From contig JAZNZR010000087.1 in the NCBI GenBank assembly GCA_045595025.1, positions 1,066-65,065 of the forward strand: 64,000 nucleotides of DNA, given 5' to 3'. A model generated the notes under the pieces. The model was given only the letters and a program-made list of their open reading frames with translations. It did not search any database and was not told the DNA's origin. How positions within the stretch are numbered: position 1 is the stretch's first letter; every line of letters starts with the position of its first letter. The stretch is from Oscillospiraceae bacterium (lineage in GTDB: Bacteria > Bacillota > Clostridia > Oscillospirales > Oscillospiraceae). A program made the translations under genes and the position numbers. Below are positions 27,425 to 36,400 of this stretch, one piece after another.

Positions 27425-27655
27425 TTTTTGTATCCTTTCATGCTCTCTATTCTATACGACATTTAAGGAGTAATTTTTGCAACAAATTGACATTACATAT
27501 TAAAGTTCCCCCACCCCAATAGGTTGGGAGGGCTTCACTGGGTATATTAACTATATACTCCACTAAGTGAATTGAAGTTTTTTATGGCCTCACCGGGATA
27601 GAAGCATGTCTTCCAACAGTCCTCTTGCTTCCCCGTTTATCACCTGCACAAAGCC

Positions 27656-27679
27656 GGGGCGGACACAAGAGTCCGCCCC
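27656..27679. repeat. GC-rich hairpin GGGGCGGAC-N6-GTCCGCCCC (family member)
   Basis: 9-bp stem, 57 nt downstream of the stop at 27736. May act as a terminator without a clear U tract. Confidence 0.6.
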
Positions 27680-27735
27680 TACAAACAAAGGTAAATTTAA
27701 GTTTTTCACCCCATCGGCCGTGCCGCAAAAACACA

Positions 27736-30700
27736 TCACTTCTCAGGAACAATACGCGCCGTGCTGTTTTGTCCCTGCTCAAGGCTCAGACCATCGCCAT
27801 ACAGGCTCAGCTTATACTGCCCCTTATCATCAGCGATGGCTATAGCTCCCCTATATGTCTCGCCGTCAAAATTCATGGTAAAGCTTATCAGGGTGCTTTC
27901 AACCCGTCTTGCAAGGACGTTTTCTCCATTGACAGGTTCCATTGGCGACCAGAGCAGCTCCATTTTTTCCTTCAGGCTTATGCTGCCGATGAAATCACCC
28001 CAACCCTCACCGTCGGCGGAGTAGAGCATATGGCCGCCTTTACAGCTTATATCCAGACTGTCATATCCCCCGAAGTCCAGCCCTATTTCCGGAGGAAGCT
28101 CACCATCATAGGCAACGTGCAGCACCTCGCCACCCATAATATCCTCCAGCAGCGCCCTTGCTTCCTGGCTTATAACCAGCACATAGCCGGGGTCATTACT
28201 GCTGCCGTAGGTGCCGGTATAGCGGTGAAGTCCGGTGCTCTGGTCCGCGGCGTATATTAGGTCTCCCCCGCCGTTTTCATAGGTGATTGTTATGGTATAG
28301 GCAGTGCTAGCCTGCATCGACATCAGGTGGCTGGGATAGGGCTCTACCCTTTTCTCGCCGCTGAACAGAAGCTTTAGAAATTGCTCCATACTTTCCTCAT
28401 CCAGAAAAAGTCTAACTCCATCCGTCTGCCACTCAGGCTTTTGGATATATATGCTTTTTACATCCTCCGCTTTGCCGCTGAGGATGCCGTATTCCTCCTC
28501 ATAGCCTATCAGTATCTCCTCAAAGAAGGCGTTCAGCTCATCGTTCTCTATGCGCCACACTCCCATAATGCTGTCATATACTCCCGGAGGGAAGCTCAGC
28601 TCCACCGCCCCTTCGCCGTAGCGGAGGGTCATGGTGGTATAGTCCGTTCTCAGCACCGCCTCGCAGCGCACGCCGGTGATGCTGCTCATGCTCAGCTGCA
28701 GCTCATCGGCCTCTATGCCGCCCAGAAGCTCCACAAGCTCAATGTCACGCAGTCCGGCATCCAGTATTCTGTCGTCCAGTTGGCCGTTGAGTTCAAAGCC
28801 CCTCACATCCGAGGGCATCAGGCGTTTGATGTACTGATAGGGCGTGGGCTTCATGTAGGAGTCATCGATGCTCAGTGTTATTTCTTTCTCCTTTTCGCCC
28901 ACGGAAGCCTCAAAGGGACCTTCCAGAACAGCTCTGTACTCGGCCTGCTGTCCGTCTGCAGTGGTACGAAGCTTGTCCCCTTCAATGCTTATTTGGCCTT
29001 GAGCATATTTGCCGTTCATCCATACGGTGAACATTAATCCTCCGCTCTCTGCAAGAAGGTCTCCATGCCCGTTTCCGTTTGTATCCGTCCACGGCAGCCA
29101 AAGGGCGCTAGTGCCTACCGGAATTTCGCCAAAGGTGGAATGTGCGTGGGTGCCGCCTTTTTCATCGGGAAAACTTCGAAGATGGTTATAAATCTCCACT
29201 TTGTCCACCCCGGGAATATCAAAGCTCAGCTCTATATGCCCGTCAAAACTGCGGTCCGGGGAAAGCCTGGCCTCAAAATTCAGCACTTCCATACTCTCAA
29301 TAGAGCCTAAAAGCTCCGTCAGCGCAGTATTATGTATCTCCCAGACGCCGCCCTCGGCGGGGTAAACATCTGCCACTGGGCCCATGAGATGCAGCTCAAC
29401 GAAATCGCCGCAGTAGCCAAGGCTTATCTGGCTCTCGCCGCCGTTGATACCAAGACCCACACAATATCGATAAGGCGCTCCCCGACCTACATAGACCTCA
29501 TGCGCTGACACATGCTTCAACGCCTCCACCACCTGGGGTTTAAGGATATCAAGGGGTTGGGCATTATACACGGCAGAGGCACTGCCATCTACAATAATGC
29601 CGCTGATATCGTCAAAGCTCAGTCCAGCCAGAAGTGCCCATGGAGAGCCTGCAGGAATATCCGACGCAGAGGCCTTGGGGTAAGCCTCGGCACCGGAGAA
29701 GCTCAAAAGGGCCTTGCCATCCCCAGTTTGGCCCAGGTGGACACCCTTGCCTACCGGGCGGAGGGTGTAGGTGCCATCATCGAAGCTCACATATATACTG
29801 CACATCCGGGTACTTCCACCATAGTCCACCGTCAGGCGTATCACAGCGCTTTGGGAGAGATTATAGGCCTCCGGGCGTTCTGCATCATTCTGCACGGGAC
29901 TCCAGAAAAGGCTGCCCCCCTCGGGGACTACTATGCTGGCGTCTACGCCGGTGCAGCGTACTCCGTCCTTGTATGCGCTGAGAAGTCCCCCGGAGGTGAA
30001 CACATTTATGGCTTCAAAGCTGTCGGCAAAGGAAATCTCTATCCCCGGCTCATTGCTTGTGCCATCTGGGTAAATAAAGCTTGCCTCACCCAGTTCCGCC
30101 TCCTTTTGGAGAGTGTAGATGCTGCTGATCCAGCGCTTGCCGTTTGTGTCCTTCGTGGTGGACACAAACCAGAGTTCTCCGTCCACACTCAGAAGGAAAC
30201 AGTTAACTTCAGCATGGCTTTCAACAATTGGCTCGCCGGTGGTGTTGCCGATAAGGGGCATATAAAGTATTTCGTCATAAAGCTCGCTTAAGCTGCCGCC
30301 CAGACTGTACTGGTAGCGGCTGCACATTTCCGACCACTCCGAGTCCGAGTAAGGGAAGTCCTGCCACTTCCAGCCGTTGAACACAGAGTATCCTCCTCGC
30401 CACTCGCCGCTTTGGCGGTCGAGAATATTCAGTCCGTCGCCGTGCTCATGTATATCATAAACATATCCGTTATCTCCGCCGAAGGGGAAATAGGAGTACA
30501 CGGGGCTCTGGTACACGCACTCCACCGGTACCCAGCGGCCGGCGAGCTCCCAGCCGTCGTCCTCGGCCTTGGGATTCGCAGCGCAGGCGGCAATCACGGC
30601 AATACAAAGGACAAGGGCGATTATGCTCACCCAGAGTCGGGGTCTGCGCCACTTGAGGGCGTTTTTTATTCTGGTAGCAACGCTGCTCTCGCCAAAAGCA

Positions 30701-31551
30701 AGGGGCGTAGGTGTGGGGAAGCGGCGGGGTGAAGCGAAGGAGAGAAGGGTCTCGGAATACTCCGCCTTATCTCCCATCCGCTCAAGCACCTTTTCGTCGC
30801 AGCTGAGCTCCATGTCACGGCCCATGAAGTAAAAGGCCAGCCACACAAGGGGGTTGAACCAGTGGAGGCACAGCACAGCGTAGGCCAGAGTCCGCAGAAT
30901 ATGGTCGCCCCGCTTTATATGGGCCCTCTCATGGGCCAGCACATAGCCCAAAGCGGGCTCTGCAAGACCATAGGGGATATAGATTTTCGGTCTGATAAGG
31001 CCAACTACAAAGGGAGAACCCACCTTTTCTGACTGCCACACATTGCCCTCCAGCCTTGTGGCAGCAGAAAGACGGCGGCGAAGCTTAATAAGGCACACAG
31101 CGCTTACAATAAGGAGCACAGCTATGCCCACAATCCACAGCAGCATACCGAAAAACTCCCAATATTGCATTGGATTTGCGCTCACCATAGGCGTTGCCGC
31201 CGGGAGAGACTGGTTTACCACCGCGTCCACGGCAGGCAGACCAGTCTGTATCTCCGGCTGGGGCATGGTGCTAATATTTTCGGGAATATGCACTATCTCT
31301 GAGCCTTGAGAGCTCAGAATCGAGTCCTCCATCTTAATGGCAAAGGGTTTCAGGGCAAAAATGGATATAACGGACTTGAAGCTCACAGGGCACACAAGGC
31401 GAAACAGAGCCACAGCCCAAAGGGCGTAGGAATACTTTTTCGGGGCTCTGCGCAGCAGCAGCCGTACAATGATAACAGCCAGTATGATATATGAGGCCGT
31501 CATGCTCATATTGAGGATTTGCAGAAAGATGCTTATGAGGATATCTTCCAT
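27736..31551 (-). CDS. BlaR1-type M56 metalloprotease signal transducer with 900+ aa ectodomain (pair 2)
   Basis: 1271 aa. AHERAHIKRGDH (HExxH) in the N-terminal TM bundle. The ectodomain has three similar ~70-aa modules. Confidence 0.85.
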   Translation of the reverse strand: MEDILISIFLQILNMSMTASYIILAVIIVRLLLRRAPKKYSYALWAVALFRLVCPVSFKSVISIFALKPFAIKMEDSILSSQGSEIVHIPENISTMPQPEIQTGLPAVDAVVNQSLPAATPMVSANPMQYWEFFGMLLWIVGIAVLLIVSAVCLIKLRRRLSAATRLEGNVWQSEKVGSPFVVGLIRPKIYIPYGLAEPALGYVLAHERAHIKRGDHILRTLAYAVLCLHWFNPLVWLAFYFMGRDMELSCDEKVLERMGDKAEYSETLLSFASPRRFPTPTPLAFGESSVATRIKNALKWRRPRLWVSIIALVLCIAVIAACAANPKAEDDGWELAGRWVPVECVYQSPVYSYFPFGGDNGYVYDIHEHGDGLNILDRQSGEWRGGYSVFNGWKWQDFPYSDSEWSEMCSRYQYSLGGSLSELYDEILYMPLIGNTTGEPIVESHAEVNCFLLSVDGELWFVSTTKDTNGKRWISSIYTLQKEAELGEASFIYPDGTSNEPGIEISFADSFEAINVFTSGGLLSAYKDGVRCTGVDASIVVPEGGSLFWSPVQNDAERPEAYNLSQSAVIRLTVDYGGSTRMCSIYVSFDDGTYTLRPVGKGVHLGQTGDGKALLSFSGAEAYPKASASDIPAGSPWALLAGLSFDDISGIIVDGSASAVYNAQPLDILKPQVVEALKHVSAHEVYVGRGAPYRYCVGLGINGGESQISLGYCGDFVELHLMGPVADVYPAEGGVWEIHNTALTELLGSIESMEVLNFEARLSPDRSFDGHIELSFDIPGVDKVEIYNHLRSFPDEKGGTHAHSTFGEIPVGTSALWLPWTDTNGNGHGDLLAESGGLMFTVWMNGKYAQGQISIEGDKLRTTADGQQAEYRAVLEGPFEASVGEKEKEITLSIDDSYMKPTPYQYIKRLMPSDVRGFELNGQLDDRILDAGLRDIELVELLGGIEADELQLSMSSITGVRCEAVLRTDYTTMTLRYGEGAVELSFPPGVYDSIMGVWRIENDELNAFFEEILIGYEEEYGILSGKAEDVKSIYIQKPEWQTDGVRLFLDEESMEQFLKLLFSGEKRVEPYPSHLMSMQASTAYTITITYENGGGDLIYAADQSTGLHRYTGTYGSSNDPGYVLVISQEARALLEDIMGGEVLHVAYDGELPPEIGLDFGGYDSLDISCKGGHMLYSADGEGWGDFIGSISLKEKMELLWSPMEPVNGENVLARRVESTLISFTMNFDGETYRGAIAIADDKGQYKLSLYGDGLSLEQGQNSTARIVPEK

Positions 31552-31555
31552 TGCT

Positions 31556-31921
31556 TCACACCTCCCTGTGGGAATCTATGAGCCGCTTGAGCTCCTCGGC
31601 CTCCCCTTCAGAAATGGTCTTGTCCCCCAGAAAGGCCACAAGAAAGCCGGGGAGAGAGCCGGAGAAGGTCTGCTCCACTATTCTCTCACTCTCTGCCTTC
31701 TGCACACTCTCCCGGGCTATAAGGCTGCGCACCGTGCTTTTTTCGTTCTCAGCAAAGCCTTTTTCGCAGAGCTTTCTCAGCATGGTATAGGTGGTGGACT
31801 TCTTCCAACCCAGAGTTTCGGCGCATTTTTCCACCAGCGCGCCAGAAGTGAGGGGCTCATTATCCCAGATAACACTCATAAAACGGTAATCGCTTTCGCA
31901 GAGGGTCAGTTCCTTTGACAT
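31556..31921 (-). CDS. BlaI/MecI/CopY-family repressor (pair 2)
   Basis: 121 aa. LCESDYRFMSVIWD...WKKSTTYTMLRKLCEKGF. Confidence 0.9.
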   Translation of the reverse strand: MSKELTLCESDYRFMSVIWDNEPLTSGALVEKCAETLGWKKSTTYTMLRKLCEKGFAENEKSTVRSLIARESVQKAESERIVEQTFSGSLPGFLVAFLGDKTISEGEAEELKRLIDSHREV

Positions 31922-31937
31922 GATAAAGCCTCCTATG

Positions 31938-31993
31938 GTCTATTGTTGTAGACTTTCCGAGTGTAGTCTATAGCAATAGACCGATTTTGTCAA
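31938..31993 (-). promoter_or_regulatory. Promoter plus two operators (pair 2)
   Basis: Reverse strand: TTGACA (31993-31988), 17 nt, TAGACT (31970-31965). Dyads GTCTAT-AGCA-ATAGAC (31966-31981) and GTCTA-N6-TAGAC (31938-31953). Confidence 0.6.
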
Positions 31994-32305
31994 GAGAAAT
32001 AATAATTGATGCTTCATGACAAACTTAATTTACACTCCATTACCAATGGTAGAAAAAAGGATATACCATTCATACAAGTAGGTGTTTGTTTTCGCTTGAT
32101 GCTACGGTAAACTAACGGCATGAAGTGAGGTGCATACGCCTTTACGAAGTAGATTTTTGTTTCGCGGTTTGATTATTCTACGGCAATTGGCCAACACGGC
32201 GCAGCGACGGCCATGGGCTCTCGACCTACGGGTATGCAATTTATATACCACCTCCCGTTGACATTGTAAACAGCTTGTGATAACCAGCAATTCTCCCATT
32301 CGTTC

Positions 32306-32884
32306 ATGACCTTTTTGGCCATACTTATTGGACAGGAGACTGATCGCATTCCCACAACGGATACATATCAAGGTATGTCCACTCTGTTTAATGTAGAGAA
32401 GCAATCCGCATTTAAGAATTCCAGAGTAATTAGAAACTCATTGCGAAATACAATTCTTGAAAATGTGCTCCCTGTTCCATGTGGCTTGGAAAGCTATACT
32501 GATATTATCAGATTCAGGGATAAGTATCGTGATGAGTTGGTTCGATTTCGTCGACATGTAGAAGACTTTATTGCGTCCTTGGACGGCCTTCCGTCAGAGT
32601 TGCAAGAAGAACGATGCCAATTCTTCGTTCAAAACTCTCAGGACGAAATTGAAATGATCAAAGACCACATGGGTAGTCTACGCGCACCTAAAATTGACAT
32701 GGGAACCTTGGTTGCTGCATTGCCATGTGTTTTTGATGCCGCGTTAGGGAATTTTGGTGGGGCTGCCATAGGTTTAGCTGGAATTATTCGTGAGATGGTA
32801 TGGAACAGTGACAAAAACGTTAACCGAGCTAAGCCGTTAGCCTATGCTGCACTATACCGCAGTAGATACACGAAGCCAAAGTGA
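32306..32884 (+). CDS. Hypothetical protein, possibly 5'-truncated
   Basis: 192-aa ORF with no SD at the annotated ATG. The region 32100-32305 contains only broken frames. A hairpin (GGGAAGAGC/GCTCTTCCC) follows at 32891-32931. Confidence 0.4.
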   Translation: MTFLAILIGQETDRIPTTDTYQGMSTLFNVEKQSAFKNSRVIRNSLRNTILENVLPVPCGLESYTDIIRFRDKYRDELVRFRRHVEDFIASLDGLPSELQEERCQFFVQNSQDEIEMIKDHMGSLRAPKIDMGTLVAALPCVFDAALGNFGGAAIGLAGIIREMVWNSDKNVNRAKPLAYAALYRSRYTKPK

Positions 32885-33000
32885 TAATGGGAAGAGCTAG
32901 CCGATTTAATAAAAATCAGTTGGCTCTTCCCATTACCACAATTATATTGTGATATGAAATCAGTCCTGCTCTTCGTATCACATCCAATTTCAACTTTAGG

Positions 33001-33048
33001 TTGACAAATTAGGTTTAACGCGTTAAACTCGGTTTAAGCCATTAAACC
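33001..33048 (+). promoter_or_regulatory. Promoter plus two operators (pair 3)
   Basis: TTGACA (33001-33006), 17 nt, TAAACT (33024-33029). Perfect 16-bp palindrome GTTTAACGCGTTAAAC (33013-33028) and GGTTTAA-GCCA-TTAAACC (33031-33048). Confidence 0.65.
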
Positions 33049-33065
33049 TCAAGGAGGCCTAATAT

Positions 33066-33428
33066 ATGAGCACACCTAAAATATTCGAAAGCGAGTTTCG
33101 CTTCTGCCAGATTCTCTGGGAACACGAGCCCATCGGCAGCACTGCCCTCGTTAAGCTTTGCAAGGAGGAGCTGGGATGGAGCAAGGCTACAACCTATACC
33201 GTTATCCGTCGCCTAAGCGAACGAGGTGTGGTTAAAAATGAGAACGCCACCGTTACAAGTCTCGTCAGTCGTCAGGAGGCTCAGCTATCGGAGATAGACG
33301 CCCTTGTAGAGCGCAGCTTCGGAGGTAGCCTCCCCGCATTTATTGCCGCTTTCACCGGCCATGCAAAGCTGAGCAAGGAGGACGCAACAACCCTCATGCG
33401 GATGATAGAGCACTATGAGGAGGTGTGA
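33066..33428 (+). CDS. BlaI/MecI/CopY-family repressor (pair 3)
   Basis: 120 aa. FESEFRFCQILWE...WSKATTYTVIRRLSERGVV. Confidence 0.9.
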   Translation: MSTPKIFESEFRFCQILWEHEPIGSTALVKLCKEELGWSKATTYTVIRRLSERGVVKNENATVTSLVSRQEAQLSEIDALVERSFGGSLPAFIAAFTGHAKLSKEDATTLMRMIEHYEEV

Positions 33429-33430
33429 GA

Positions 33431-36400
33431 ATGTCTGAAGTATTTCTCGGTCTTGTGGGGCTAAGCTTCAAAGCCAGCTTTCTCATTGTGGCAGTGGTGG
33501 TTTTGCGTCTTGCGCTGAAAAATGCTCCCCGGCGGATAATCTGCGTCCTCTGGCTTCTGGTGGGTCTGCGGCTTATTGTGCCATTTTCCCTTGAAAGCAG
33601 CCTGAGCCTCGTTCCCAAGGAGCTTAATTTTGAACGGGATACCGCTGTCACGGAAACAGCTCCCGCTCCGGTGATTACGCCCTCCGTGCAGGCTACCCCA
33701 AATCTCTCTCTGACCACCCCTAATATAGAGATAGACACACCTAACCACCCCCTGCTTCCCACCGTGGATGCTGCAACCACTGTGCCCGCAATTGAAGAAA
33801 GCCAAGCCACTTGGGGGGCCACTGCCTCCATAGGCTGGCTTGTGGGCCTCGGGCTGATGCTTTGCTACCTGCTGCTCAGTTATATCCTCCTTCACCGCTC
33901 CCTTCGTGAGGCTGTGCCTGTTGGTGAAGGCGTCTGGAAGTGTGCCGCAGTCTGCTCTCCCTTTGTGCTGGGTCTTTTTCGGCCAAGGGTATACATATCC
34001 TATGGCATGAGTCCCGAGCAAACAGAGTATGTTCTGGCCCATGAGCGGAGTCACATTGTCCGCCGGGACCACTGGACAAAGCTGTTGGCTTTCCTGATTT
34101 TGTCCGTACATTGGTTCAATCCCTTTGTATGGCTTGCTTACATCCTCCTTTGCCGTGATATTGAGCTTGCCTGCGACGAGCGGGTCATCCGAAGCATGGA
34201 CGCCGCAGAGCGCAAGGCCTACTCTCTGGCACTTTTGCAATGTGCAGTAAAGGCAAGCCCCCTCGCTGCCTGTCCCCTGGCCTTTGGAGAGGTAGGCGTG
34301 AAGCAAAGGATAAAAAACGTGCTGAGCTACAAAAAGCCCACAGTCTGGATAATCCTTGCCGCTCTTGTCTGTGGCATAGCAGTAGGCGTATTCTTCCTCA
34401 CAGATCCCAAGGATGATTCCCCTTCTCTTCCTCCGGACTGTCCCGATGAAGTCTGGGAGACTATTTCAGGCTATCTGGATGCCCGCTGTGTCTCCGCAGA
34501 AGCGGCTGGAAGCTACTTTTACACCCAAGAAGACAGCCGGTACGGCGATGAAACTCTTTTGCTGAACTACGAGGTGGAGTATGTCAGTAAGCGCAACGAG
34601 CTCCTTTACTCCTTCAAATGGACCGGTGAGCATGAGTATAATGACAGCGATGCCCTCTATTACCGCAAAACCGGAGTGCACCGCAACACTTCAAGCGGCA
34701 TATATTATGTTTTCAACATTGACGGACAGTGGAAGATAGCCTCCTCATCTGGATATATCCCCGGGCACATTCTCCGCGGCTCAAAGTTCGACTGCCCCGA
34801 TGCGGTGATGGATACCTTTGAGCGTTGGATTATGGCCATGAGCCACAGCGGCGGTAGTTATGAGTATTATCTGGAGCTCAGCTATTTCGGCGAGACGGGA
34901 ACTCCCATCAGCCAGGATGCATTTATGGCCTCCACAGATAAAAGCGAAATCCAGTCGATAACAAAAGTGAATGACTCCCTATACGAAATAAAGACCCTCT
35001 ATACCCTTGTAGGCTGGGAGGAAGAATACTCCGGCCAGTACTTTGTGGGATATATCGGCGACAAATGGTACGTCATGCTCTATGACACCGTCCCCGAAAG
35101 CCTGCACGAAGGCCTTGAATACTTCGAGCACTACACATGGGACGAAAAAGGCAAAACCCTCATCCTGCCTCCCCTCGCATCTCACAGCGGACAGAGTGGA
35201 AATGTAAGCGAGTTTCCCCTGACGGATATTTACCCGGACACTCCTGTTGGAATAGGCGTAAATCTCATCTATGACGATGAGGACACAGTTGTTTTTCAGG
35301 CAAAGCATGGGCTTTTCGTCTACAACCTTGCGGAAAGGCGCATGGTCCTCGCTATAGACACTATCAAGGCTGTGGGTATCGCAGGCTATCAGGGCAGTAT
35401 CCCCGTAGCCGGAGTAAGAGTAAGTCCTGACGGAAACACAATACAACTTTACCATACAAGCCATAAGGAACAGTGCTTCTATATCGACACCCACACCGGA
35501 GATTACTATGTGGCCCCCTTTGAGGAGATGACCGATGAGGACGATGACGAGAGCGTCATCGAGCGCACAAGCTTTATCGGATCCTACGGTATCACCGTGG
35601 GTTGCTTTGCCGACCAGTACTACTGTACTCACAGCGGCACAGGAGAGCGCATTCCCCTTTTCAGTGACTTTCCCTTTGCCACCACCTCCACCCCGGAACT
35701 GCCCGTGGAGGCTCACATAATGGATAAACTCCGCTTTTATCTTCCTGCGGGCTGCAGCACCGGGGTCTATGACCTCGTGCTTGGCGCAGGCGGTGGCGTA
35801 CCCATCTACTATGCCGACGGCACACTATGTGGCCAGATGGAGCTAAACTACGGTATGGCGGCCATTATAGAAAACGGAGAAATAGTATTCGTGGATGACG
35901 GCATGAACCACGCCTCCTTCATCTCCGGCTTTGAAAGCATCGACCACAGTGTCCCCTGCACTGTTGCGGAGTTTTCCGATGACAACGGCGGACACTACTG
36001 GTATGTGGTCTTCACCGCTAAAGATTCCGATTTCTGCTACGCCCTGAAACTGGACACCGACTACTTCAGTCGGGATGAGGCCATAAAAATGGCCCGTGCT
36101 GTGCGCTTCAGTCCCGAGGCATTCAATAGCTTCAATGAACTTGAAAGGGTCTATTGGTCCATCATCGACAGCTATGCGATGGCTCTCTCCGCCCGTTTGC
36201 TGCCCCCCGAGATGACAGAGGCAGGCCTCAACTGGGCAGTTGTAGACTACTGTGAAGATCCTCTTTATGAGGCAGGCTGGGCAATCGAGGATATTGACGG
36301 CAACGGAAAACCCGAGTTGCTTATTGGAAACCAAAACCTCGTGACAGAAGTGGGCACTCCAATTTTCACCCTCTACACTCTGGATGATGGCTACGATCCC

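Noticed and set aside
27761-31494. Many long + strand ORFs inside the pair-2 blaR1-like gene, e.g. 28381..29037, 29512..30291 and 29634..29981.
   Set aside because: This is a GC-rich coding region that gives long antisense open frames. The translations are Gly/Arg/His-rich with no motifs, whereas the reverse-strand 1271-aa frame has the TM bundle and HExxH.
32102-32404. 100-aa reverse-strand ORF with several Cys, and short + strand frames (e.g. ...YAIYIPPPVDIVNSL), upstream of 32306..32884.
   Set aside because: There is no SD, and the frames are broken by stops in all phases. This is probably the decayed 5' part of the downstream gene rather than a separate gene. I could not reconstruct a convincing frameshift, so I did not call a pseudogene.
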